Part shown: positions 52,856 to 63,882 of the stretch, piece by piece
How positions within the stretch are numbered: the stretch's first letter is position 1
Layout of the letters: the number at the start of each line of letters is the position of its first letter
Program-made: the position numbers and the translations under genes
Notes under the pieces: model-generated
Databases searched by the model: none
Seen by the model: only the letters and a program-made list of their open reading frames with translations
What the model was told of the DNA's origin: nothing
Source of the DNA: Octopus sinensis
Lineage: Eukaryota
Assembly (NCBI RefSeq): GCF_006345805.1
Contig: NC_043004.1
Location: 24,366,001 to 24,430,000 of the forward strand
Length of the DNA: 64,000 bases
Reading direction: 5' to 3'

Positions 52856-52915
52856 GTTTGTCAGTCTGTGTGTGAGACGAGTTAAAAATACTCAGATGAT
52901 TTTGGTACTTAAATT

Positions 52916-52962
<47 letters not shown>

Positions 52963-52988
52963 TAGTAGTAGTAGTAGTAGTAGTAGTG

Positions 52989-53023
<35 letters not shown>
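52916..53023. repeat. (GTA)n microsatellite
   Basis: Directly visible. Confidence 0.95.
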
Positions 53024-53696
53024 TGAGAACATTTCTTTGTGTTATCTTCTTTCTTAATGAGAAACAACATCCGAATGTCTAGAAATTGCTTCTACATAAA
53101 GGAATTGAGGAAATATTTCTTAATGTTAAACATTAAAAGAATACTTCGCCGAATATTTAGAGATCGATGAATAATAATGGACAGATAAAAAAAACACACA
53201 AAGAATTTCGTAAGGTGTGGTTTCACTGAATTACATTGCTTCAGATCAATAAGCATCGGATATACAAATAAAATTATTTCAAGCGAAAATGATTTCAACT
53301 ACATTGTGAAAAAACAGCATGACAGCAAAGAAAACCAACTATTTTGAAATGCAATATACACTGTACTGGTTAGATTTCATGAATTATATACTTAATATGA
53401 ATTACTATTAGAATTGAAAATTATGTAAAGGTGAAGTAAAACAAACCACCCTCGAAATCAAGACACAATAGCTATAAATATCAGAGACGTCATCATATAT
53501 ACCCTCAAGATATAAAGTTAGACATATGTGCATATAGATAAGTTTATATGGCTGGACGGTCGTCTGCGTATTTGTATGTGTCTAGATACGCAAGTAAATA
53601 AACACACACATATATGAACTTAGAATGACCAAGGAATAAACAATTATGTTATGAACTTCATTAGCTTACAGCTGTTTCTGATATATATATATATAT

Positions 53697-53750
<54 letters not shown>

Positions 53751-53753
<3 letters not shown>

Positions 53754-53935
53754 TAAATAAATGGAGTTGAACGCAGGTGTTTTTCAAATTCTTTTACTTT
53801 CGTCATGTGTTTCGAAGACGACATTGGTTATATTGCAAAGGAAAAACGGTGTAAAATAATGTAATCTTCTCACCAGGAAAGAAAGAGAACCTAAGAATTT
53901 GAATAACACCTGCAATCAATTCAATTTATTTACTT
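53751..53935. repeat. 43-bp inverted repeat (38/43) enclosing a hammerhead
   Basis: Arms at 53751-53793 and 53893-53935. Confidence 0.9.
53797..53881 (-). ncRNA. Type I hammerhead ribozyme, decayed (two core substitutions)
   Basis: Minus strand CTTTC CTGGTGA GAAGA..ACATT...AATGT..TCTTC GAAAC ACAT GAC GAAAG. Stems I and II pair; core reads CTGGTGA instead of CTGATGA and the triplet GAC instead of GTC. Confidence 0.7.
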
Positions 53936-54086
53936 ATACTATACAAATTACTGCACATTAACCCGGAGTTTCTACCTTTGAATAGGTCGCTACATCCTTG
54001 TTACTTGCGTGAATTGTGATACCCTAGTAACTGTTTATTGAATGTTCCATGTTAACGGTAAACAAAGGATAATTCATTCATCCATT

Positions 54087-54128
<42 letters not shown>

Positions 54129-54129
54129 A

Positions 54130-54146
<17 letters not shown>

Positions 54147-54161
<15 letters not shown>

Positions 54162-54444
54162 AAATATTAGGGAATAAATCCAAATTTACAGGGAAAAATC
54201 AGATTTATGATTGAATCTAATTTTATAGTAAAATATAATATAATATTAATTAGAGACAAAACCACTATTATGCAAATCAAACAAAGAAAGACTTAATCCA
54301 ATACATAAAAAATTTTATATAAATTAAATATAATTAAGATTAATTAATCTTAATTATATTTAATTTATATAAAAATTTTTATGTATTGGATTAAGTCTTT
54401 CTTTGTTTGATTTGCATAATAGTGGTTTTGTCTCTAATTAATAT

Positions 54445-54454
<10 letters not shown>
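54147..54454. repeat. Fold-back repeat family G, copy 2, containing a 222-bp spacerless palindrome
   Basis: Arms 54233-54343 and 54344-54454, one mismatch, centre AAGATTAA|TTAATCTT. Confidence 0.95.
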
Positions 54455-54477
<23 letters not shown>

Positions 54478-54790
54478 CAAGATAAGAAAATGGGGAAACA
54501 CATCTAAATCAAATATCAATTACCAGATAATACTCAATCACATACTTTATTAAACCACCACATAGGAGACTGTAGGGTTAAACATAAAAAAGCAGAACAA
54601 ATCAGTGTACATAAAGGAATGTACATAAAAAAGTGTACATAAAAGAGTAATGTTGTATAATATGTAGAATATATAAAAGAGAATATAAATATAATTAAAT
54701 ATAAATATAAGTATAGATTAAATCTTACAGCTGTTTCGGCCATGTAGATAAGTATGTCTCATTTTAACACTGATTTGTTCTGCTTTATAT
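54478..54790 (-). mobile_element. PLE-like terminal module with 20-bp inverted repeat and hammerhead 3' half
   Basis: AAAGCAGAACAAATCAGTGT (54589-608) inverted at 54767-786; minus strand GGCC GAAAC AGCT GTA at 54726-54741; the same CTTACAGCTGTTTC occurs at 53665-53678. Confidence 0.5.
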
Positions 54791-54794
54791 ATAT

Positions 54795-55372
54795 ATATAC
54801 GACGTGCTATTTTCAGCTTCTTATTTCTTTATTGCCCACAAGGGGCTAAACATAGAGGGGACAAACAAGGACAGACAAAAGAATTAAGTCGATTAGATCG
54901 ACTCCAGTGCGTAACTGGTACTTAATTTATCGACCGTGAAAGGATGAAAGGCAAAGTCGACCTCGGCGGAATTTGAACTCAGAACGTAAACACAGACAAA
55001 ATACCTATTCCTTTACCACCCACAAGGGGCTAAACACAGAGGGGAAAAACAAAGACAGACAAACGGATTAAGTCGATTACATCGACCCCAGTGCGTAACT
55101 GGTACTTATTTAATCGACCCCGAAAAAATAAAAGGCAAAGTCGACCTTGGCGGAATTTCAACTCACAACGAAACGACAGACGAAATACGGCTACGCATTT
55201 CGCCCGGCGAGCTAACGTTTCTGCCAGTTCGCCGCTTTTTTTTCAGTTTCTGTCTACCAAATCCACTCACAAGGCTTTGGTTAGCCCGAGGTTATAGTAG
55301 AAGAAGACACTTGCCGAATGTGCCACGCAGTGGGACTGAACCTGGATCCAAGAGGTTAAGAAGCCTGCACCT
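54795..55372 (-). mobile_element. SINE family A head fragment, host of a nested SINE B dimer
   Basis: A-type sequence on both sides of the insert: ACGACGTGCTATTTTCAGCTTC | insert | TTTTCAGTTTCTGTCTACCAAATCC. Confidence 0.75.
54821..55235 (-). mobile_element. SINE family B head-to-tail dimer (full monomer plus headless monomer)
   Basis: Two successive bodies, 55004-55235 and 54821-55003, joined at AATAGG|TATTT. Confidence 0.9.
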
Positions 55373-55724
55373 ATATGAGTATGTATTTGAATATGTACGT
55401 ATTAATAATAACGCCCTTTTTAAAAATTAATATGCTTGAAAATGTGTATATTTATATCTACATATATTAGTGTTTGAATAAGTGCGTGTGTCTATCGCAT
55501 ATTACTATATATCTAACTATATACACATTTTACACACAAATTTACTAACATAATCATGTCGTCAAAAATACCGACAGTTCTATTAATGACAGCAAATAAT
55601 ATATCAAAATAATGAGAGAAAATATTGATAAATTTCAGCAACTCGGTATATAGACAGAATTGAAGGGCTTGAATGTAAGTATTTATCTTTCATCTTCTAT
55701 GGGTTCTGATTTTATTCTTTGGAC

Positions 55725-55942
55725 TCGAAAAAAAACGCAATGATCACCAGAAAGGAGTTGTAAGAAGATTTGTTAGCTTCAGGGACTAGTGTTACACTAC
55801 GAACAATTAGCAATGAACTTCATAGGAATGAACTGCAGTCACGCTCTCCTAGAAAAACTCCACTGTTGACTAAAAGGCATAGAGATGCCCGTTAAATAAA
55901 TAAAGAATTTAGACATGTACGAATATTTATTTCCCTCCACTG
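55725..55942 (+). mobile_element. Tc1 transposon deletion fragment with right TIR
   Basis: ITRKEL*EDLLASGTSVTLRTISNELHRNELQSRSPRKTPLLTKRHRDAR; ends ATTTCCCTCCACTG|TA. Confidence 0.8.
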
Positions 55943-55980
55943 TATATATAATATATATTATATATATATATATATTATAT

Positions 55981-56031
<51 letters not shown>

Positions 56032-56279
56032 TATATTGGTTGTTGCATAATTATTGCGGTTTTTTTCAAAAAATTTTATCCAACAAAAACAATAACAACA
56101 TGTAACCCAGACATCTTTAAATGACTATTCCGAAGCATATTCACCATCCACTTCAGTTACTACTTCCCATTTGCTTGGCAGACGGCAGACCGTCATTTAA
56201 AGATGTTTTTGTTAAATATTGTCATCGTGTTTCTTGAATAAAATTTCTTGAAAAAAAGTCGCAATAGTTATGCACCAAC

Positions 56280-56333
<54 letters not shown>

Positions 56334-56376
56334 TACATATATATATATTATATATATATATATATATTATATATAG

Positions 56377-56415
<39 letters not shown>

Positions 56416-56589
56416 TGTGTGTGTGTATATACAAAATATGGGCGCTTAATTCATTTGTGAAGTAAACGAATAGGGACGCTGGGTAAGTGGTGTAACGGAT
56501 TATCAGGGCTCCACTATAGCCGATATGTATTTTTGATATATATTTTGCCTCGGCATTTTTTGTCCTGTTTCGCATACATATATATATAT

Positions 56590-56987
56590 ATCACGTGATC
56601 ACATGACCGACCAGACCATCATATGTTGTTACACATCGCTGGTCACAATGCGTTCGCATTGTTTTTTAGCCTTCGAATGACACCACCCCGCTGGCTAAGC
56701 GAGCAGTGCAATCTCATAGTCAGGGCAAGGTTGTTTGCGGAAGGCCAGCAGTCACCCATGCATACCAGCCTCCCCTCTCCGCACCATTGATGTTATCCAA
56801 GGGAAAGGCAAAGGCCGATACAGCTTGGCACCAGTGATGTCGCAACTCATTTCTACAGTTGAGTTAACTGGAGCAACGTGAAATGAAGTGTCTTGCTCAA
56901 GAACACAACACGCAGCCCGGTCCGGGAATCGAACTGAAAACTTCATGATCGTAAGCTTGACGCTCTAATCACTGAGCCAGACGCCTT

Positions 56988-56990
<3 letters not shown>
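56590..56990 (-). mobile_element. SINE family D head and body joined to a different 3' segment
   Basis: Minus strand GTGAAGGCGTCTGGCTCAGTGATTAGAGC (A box)...AGTTCGATTCCC (B box)...TTCTTGAGCAAGACACTT; the 3' part differs from the family D tail at 19510-19572. Confidence 0.8.
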
Positions 56991-57021
<31 letters not shown>

Positions 57022-57022
57022 A

Positions 57023-57105
<83 letters not shown>

Positions 57106-57559
57106 GCATAAGAAGACTACGTGGTATTTTGACTCACTTGTTATCTGTGTAAAATATATAAGTAAGGTGTCCAGGACATAAAGATATTCTTTAAATGACT
57201 TCGTACATGTTCGTTTCTCCTAAATCAATTATATTGCTACATAGAAACTCTAACTCATTGTCCTTAGTTTTGAACTAAAATAATAATCTTTAAAATTGTC
57301 TTCCGTTAAGCGATCTTTAAGTCTATTATCGTTTTCTCCGACAAGAATATAAGGTAAGGCGAATTTATTGTATCTTGCACACATTCTAAGTAAGTATCTT
57401 ATTGAATATTTTCTAAAGTTAAGTATTTTAGGTCATTTTATTTCAATCCTCATTCACTTTTCTTTCAGTCGTTCTTGCTTCCATGTATAAGCTACACATT
57501 CCTTGCTAATATTCGCTACCTGATCAAACGCCCTTAACGTTTATTAATTTGATTCATCT

Positions 57560-57938
57560 TTGCATTTAGCGACACCACTCTTTTCTCCTTTCTTCTACTA
57601 TCTCTTCTTAAACTTTCCTAGTGTTAAGTAAATATTTTTCGCATTTTTCCTTAAACATTGTCTCTTTAGATTATCGAACCTAATTAACGTACACTATTTA
57701 GAGCCGTCTTAGCACTTGACGATACCACTTCTTCCCTACAGAGTTAAAAATAACTATTTTTTCCGAACTCCCTTAAAGTTCATTACCTCGTTTTTTATGT
57801 AACATCCTTAAAACACATTACCTCGATTCCTTTTTTGCAATTAACGACACCATTCTTCTTTCTTTCTTCCACCTTCTCTTCTTAAAGCTTTCCTAGAGCT
57901 AAATATTTCTCGATTCTCTCCTTAAACATGCTCTCTCA

Positions 57939-57988
<50 letters not shown>

Positions 57989-58330
57989 TTCTATTTACTA
58001 TACACTATCTAGACTCTTTCTTTCATTTTCTCTCCTTAAACTTTCCCTTTCTGAATCCATTTTCAGTGCATAACAACACCTTTCTCTTTCGCCCCCTCTC
58101 TCTGAACGTCCGTAAAGTTGCACAATATTTAGACTCTCTTACATTCTTTCCTTAAACATTCTCTCTCGCTCTCTCTATCTCCCTCTCTGTCTCTCTCTCT
58201 CGCGCGCGCTCTCTCTCCCCCTCCCGTTCTCTCTGGACGTTCTTAAAGATACATATTTCGATTTTTTGCACCACTATTTTAAAATCATCTTAGCACGCTA
58301 CGATACCTTTCTCTCTCTCTCTCGCTCTCT
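57560..58330. repeat. Degenerate pyrimidine-rich modular repeat upstream of the LINE ORF1
   Basis: 57561-57665 resembles 57836-57936; 57691-57730 resembles 58271-58310; recurrent CCTTAAA; embedded (CT)n. Confidence 0.6.
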
Positions 58331-58515
58331 CCCATCCCATTATAGACCACCTTATTTCTCTCCTATACGTAACGACCCTTGTTTGAGAACCCTTATCTCA
58401 TATTCCATCTCTCATTGAACTTGCCTTTCTTTATCTCTTCGACACAAACTTCCACATTCTCGCAAACTCTTTCTCTTTCCCTCTCTCTCGCCTTTATTCT
58501 ATAAACAATCAACAG

Positions 58516-59682
58516 ATGGACACCATCTACCGCAAATTCATGCAAAGTCAGATTCAGGCAAACAAAATACCAAAGATGCGTCGAAATTGGCAATTCGAGG
58601 AGCTCCGTTTCTTTATTCAAGTTTGGAGCATGAGCAAGGGTTCTCCGTCCAACGACCTGATAGCGGCGGCCTTGAAAAGCTATGGTTACCATAGATCCAT
58701 GGCACAGATCGTTCGAAAGAAACAAGAGTTCATACGCTCCTATGATCTCATCAAGCAGCATATCAACATTCGAGAAAACATAATGGAGACAGGAGTGCTC
58801 AATGACGATGCTGCATGCCTGGAATCCAATGAAGGACAAACAAACAGTGTCAAAAAAGAAACTGCAAACATCACTGACCCCAAAAGCAGCACTGAAAAAG
58901 AATCTGTGAACATCACTGGCCCCCCAAAAAACTAACACCAGCAACAGCTGCAATAAGAATAGTCAAAGCTGGAGTGTGTTGATAAACAGAGGCAGATAAA
59001 AAAAAAGCTGACACAGCCAGAAAAACTGATGCCCTGATGTCCAAAAATAACAAGAAGAACAAGAAAAAAGACAAAAACCCAAAACGCCAAAAGGATAAAC
59101 GAAGACGCATAAGGATGGAAACTGACAGCCCAGGTTGTATGTAAATTTTACTTAAATGGCACCTGCTGACCTTGAGAAACAGGAGAGGGCAGCAGCCTTG
59201 TCCATCCCAAAACTTATTGGAACCACAAGCAGGGAAACATGAAACAAAACCAGCAAAAACATTGAAGGCAGTCATCAAGCATGTATCTGCAGACTAATAG
59301 TGCACTAACTGGAAGAAACACGTCTCAAACGAGTAAGGAAAGAAATCACCGCATGCATTCTGTACCCCTCAAAAGGCAATATGCAGAGGCTGTACGAACT
59401 GCAGCAACAGATCGACAGTCTTTTTTTAACATAACCCAGAAAATAGTACAGCATCTGACATGGATGCACAGGATGCAAGCTCAAAGCCTTGCATTACAAT
59501 GCACAAGACCGTATCATGTGACAGACCCAGCATGGCCACCACTAACACCTACCCAGATATCGCACCCATATTTCTACTGCATATTGAAGTCTGCTACAAC
59601 TCAGCAACAGAGGTAAATTTCTGTATCTAAAAGAGCTTGCTACATGCAATCAAGCAATATGCATGACACTCACTGAAACGTA
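58516..59682 (+). pseudogene. CR1-group LINE 5' part: ORF1 (Myb/SANT trihelix-like domain, Lys-rich linker, CCCH fingers) and start of ORF2 endonuclease
   Basis: RRNWQFEELRFFIQVW...IAAALKSYGYHRSMAQIVRKKQEFIRSY; VCKFYLNGTC...GEGSSLVHPK; LTWMHRMQAQSLA...AWPPLTPTQ matches the ORF1 end near 38270-38390; ELATCNQAICMTLTET matches DLAACNQALCIALVET. Confidence 0.75.
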
Positions 59683-59809
59683 TGTATATATATATATATA
59701 TATACATAACACATACACACGCACGCACACTCACACCTTCTAAAAATGGCTCTATGATGATGAAGATAGCTTCGCAATCATGAAGCATCGAATTAATCTC
59801 TACTGCCTT

Positions 59810-60110
59810 GTGTTTAAATTTGCAAGAGAGGAATTCCGTCGAATATATGAGCGTGTGTATTTATACGTGTGTGTGTGTCTTTGTTTTTTTTTTTCTCCCC
59901 AATCCTTAGCAACTGAAGTTGGTCTGTAAGCGCCTCCGCAACATGGCGGTTTGGCCAAACAAGAAAGGATGAAATAAGTACTAATCTGAAAAAGCTCCAG
60001 TGTTGATTTGTTCGACCACGCTCCAGTGGATGAAACGGGAATAATAATAAAAGGAATGGAAACATATATTATTGCACCCACAGTCTATTGACTGAATCAA
60101 GTAAATAAGA
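59810..60110 (+). mobile_element. Degenerate SINE family A, 3' half
   Basis: ...GCGGTTTGGCCAA...AATAAGTACT...CAGTCTATTGACTGAATCAAGTAAA. Confidence 0.55.
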
Positions 60111-60154
60111 CATATATCTATCTATCTATATATATATATATATCTATATATATA

Positions 60155-60235
<81 letters not shown>

Positions 60236-60742
60236 TACATCCACACATACGGTGAGGGAGATGCCGAAGAAAACTTTCAGCTGTATATTTCCTATATATC
60301 TTCGTAAGCATGGAATTCTTTGCGGAAATAAGAAAAGAATTCTTTTACTTAGAATGAGAATCACAATTAATTTCAGTGTATATACTCGTCATTTATAACA
60401 CCTTATAAATATTTAAGAATTTCAAATCTCGCAATATTCATTTTTGTTCCTGGTATTGTTTTTGGCAGTGGTAGTGGATGGCGGTGCCGTTTTTTGTGTT
60501 GATGTTGGTGCAGGTCGTGCAGGTGGTGCTGGTGGTGTTGTTTAGCTTGATTCGAGAACGGTTATGACTATTCAATCCATGACTAAACACAAATTTTTCT
60601 TTATTTTTAGACATAATGTATCTAGCATTACATGGGTCAATATGTCCTTTTTTTAAGACGGAATACGTGATTTGAAGGAGATTTGGCTGTTATTTCCCAC
60701 AGATTCAGTAACCAAGTTGAGCTATACTATGGCTGTCATTGC

Positions 60743-60796
<54 letters not shown>

Positions 60797-61185
60797 CAGC
60801 AGCAGCAGCAGCATTCTTAGATAACGCGACACTATCATGTTCCATGTCCCGAAAATAACTTAGAAATTTAAGTCGAAAACAGAAATCGTAAATATACTAT
60901 AGAAAACTTATGTTCTTACAAAACAATAATTAATTTCTTTTCTTTATTTATTCAGAGATGAGGCTATTAATCTATGACGTAAAACTCTGTAATTGTACAC
61001 GAACTGTCCAACCAAACACAAACTGACGCTGGAATTGATAGATGGCGCAGTTTATTCCTTCCTGTAATGACAATCTGAAATTTAAGTGTTGTTGACAAGT
61101 TTTTTAGGGATTTGGAATCAATGTTTCAGTTGCATATCACGCAATTCCTTGCAGTTACACGATTAGATCAAAATTTTTGCAATGA

Positions 61186-62110
61186 TTAGGTTACTAATTT
61201 GCCTTATTCTTTAAATTACAACGATAACAGCCAAGCATTCGATGTAGAGGCCGTCGTGTTGCATCGTCTGAAGCCATTTTTTATACAAATTCTATGATCC
61301 CACGTTCATACTGGTTCTGGTCATTGGAAGCGAAGACCTCTTGCTTCCAACTCCACCTCCCCTTAGTTGTGCTGGGTTTAGAGTATACACTGAGTGCGGC
61401 ATCGGTTCGATTCCCTCAAGTTCCTCGAGTTTATTCCGAGTCGTTCGGGTGCTCTTGCGTTGTCTCACGTTGTCTTGCTGCAGAAGAGCTCGGTTTCCTT
61501 TTAATCGATGCGAGATGTTTTTGCCGCACGGTAGCATCCATCTGATCCAGTTGTTCAGAGTACAGGTCGGCATAGATAGTTCGACCGTCCTATTGAATTA
61601 TTTCCTCATAATTCCATCAGACGCACTGCATCACCTGGTATTCAAAACGCCCATGTTTGGTGACATATTCTGGAAGCTGAACCTTGCTTAACCACTGCTT
61701 ATGCATGTTAGAATTGCGGAAAAATATCTAGTTTCCATCGCACGTTATCATCCTCTTAAAGAAACGCAGACGCGGATTTTCCAAGAGTTCCTTGCAAACA
61801 CCCATTCGCCTATGAGCCTGAGTTGGGGTAAATTCGTAAGGCACAATTCGGTAGCTCCGGATGCTTTTGCCGAGGTCGTGAAAGTAACGAACCACATTGG
61901 ACTGTGTTATGTTGAGCTTACCTGATACTCTCCGAGTCCTACTTACTGAATTTGCCTCTATAACTTGAAGTACTGCCCCGAATACACCTCTAAAGTCCTA
62001 CCTGACCTTACCTGGTCATCGAGGTTCAACAAATGTTTTGGCTGCTTCTGAGATGTTATGGCTCAGCTTGAACTCGTAAACCATAAATTTCCGAATTAGA
62101 TTAAGTCGCA
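61186..62110 (-). mobile_element. Mariner transposon pseudogene, nearly full length
   Basis: Minus strand VYEFKLSHNISEAA...DDQVRSGR...MITCD...QWLS...LLQQDN...EKWLQTMQHDGLYIE; TIR ...TAACCTAA. Confidence 0.85.
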
Positions 62111-62809
62111 TGCTCATACGAGCGGCTTTCAAATAACATACGAAGGGAAGTAATGAACAACGTGTAAGCGCACCAGTTTTTATCAGTGGAACCAACAGAC
62201 ATATTCTTTAAGTATTTGTGAAAATATTGTACCAGTTTAGAAGCTGTGCGTTTTCTCCTGTGTATAGTTTCTGTCCGTATCATTACATTATTTATCATTA
62301 TTTCTATAAAGGTCATCGAATTTCAGTAAAATAAAGCCGTTATTTTGTCATTTTGGTTTACTCAAAGTTCCTTGATTTTGGCAGCTGTTTGATATTTCAA
62401 CAAAGTCAATGTGTTTCCGTTGAGTGTTATATGGTAAAGTGCGAATTTTAGATGTATAGCTATACAGTAATTTACATTATCGTGAGTTCTGAAGTATGAT
62501 CAGCATTTTTAAATAATTAAACTCGGTGGTATTAATTAGTATTTCCATTTTAAATCCCAATTGGTTGATAATTATAGTCAAAATAACTGACTGAACTTCT
62601 TCACTTTCTGAATGCAGTCAATTTATAGTGCGAAATTTCACTCTGAATGTTTCAATATTAACATGTTTGCATTAAAGAGATTTTGAAGTTCAATATCCAA
62701 ATTGGAGTAATCTTTCTTCCTAGTAATCATTAACATAAATGCTACATGTGGTCAAAGTGGTAGTGATTGTAAGAATCGTTAGAGTATCAGAAAAATACCT
62801 TGTACATTG

Positions 62810-62890
62810 CTTACTTGCTCTTTACGCTTTAAGTTCAAATCTCGTTGAAATTCTTTCATCCTTTCGAAGTCGATAACATATAATACTAGG
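62810..62890 (+). mobile_element. Degenerate SINE family B fragment
   Basis: AAGTTCAAATCTCG...CTTTCATCCTTTCGAAGTCGATAA. Confidence 0.4.
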
Positions 62891-63083
62891 CAAGCGTTCG
62901 AGTATGCCTACCTCTGTATTTGTAACCTCATACCTGGGTTAGAATTTATTATTACTACATACGGTTAAAGCGAACAAAAAGCTTAGCGGCATTTCGTCGG
63001 TATTTACTAATCGAGTCAAAGATGACAGGTGATTGTTTATAAACCAAATAGTCAATGTTATTAGCATATCCCTTAAGAGGGGG

Positions 63084-63882
63084 GAGAATATTCTGCAAAA
63101 CGAACTTGGCATGGTGAGAGTTTCTGCTCTCTGTGTGCCACGTCTTCTGACACCTGATCAACGTCTACCAGCCTGATCACATCACTGCAAATTCTTCCTT
63201 TGTTTAAGGCAAATACAACTGGTTTCCTTGAACGTTTACAAACTCAAGATGAGTGTTGTTTTAATCACTTTAAGCCAGAGGCAAAGAGAAAATCCGTGTA
63301 GTGGAAGAACCTCTCCTCACCTGTTCCGAAGTAGGTCAACGTCGTTTCACCTACAGGGAAGATGATAGCCTCAGTTGTTTGTGATGCAAAAGGTATTGTG
63401 TTTATTGACTACCTTCAAAAGAGCCACACTATCAATGAAGAATAGTATGCCAACTTGCTGAGGCAGTTACAAAAAGCTATCAAGGCCAGAAAAATGGACG
63501 AAAGGTGCCTTGTTTCATCAGAACAACGTCCCAGCACACACGTCCTTGCTTTCAATGGCTACTGTGAGAGACTGTGGCTTTGAACTAATTGATAACCGTC
63601 CATATTCTCCTGATTTAGACCCCTCTACCATCTGTTCCCAACACAAAAATAAAAAGCATTTGGCTTGGAATCAGTATCGCAGTGATGATGATGTCATACA
63701 TGCAGTTGATGACTTTTCTTGACTAACTGGGTGAAAGCTTTTTGCAGGTGAGATCCAAGCACTGCAATAGAGATGGAAGCAGAATGAGGACCGCAAAGAA
63801 AGATAATGCTGAAAATTAAATTTCATTTCGTCACATTCCATGAAAGTTTTGCTAAGCATATGAACTTTTCAGTCAACTTTCG
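63084..63882 (+). mobile_element. Mariner (irritans-like) transposase pseudogene with right TIR
   Basis: ELGMVRVSALCVPRLLT; TQDEC; GKMIASV..DAKGIVFIDYLQK; FHQNNVPAH; YSPDLDPS; ends AACTTTTCAGTCAACTTTCG|TA. Confidence 0.9.

Noticed and set aside
58393-59278. Minus-strand ORFs of 186 and 121 aa
   Set aside because: Antisense shadows of the plus-strand LINE ORF1.
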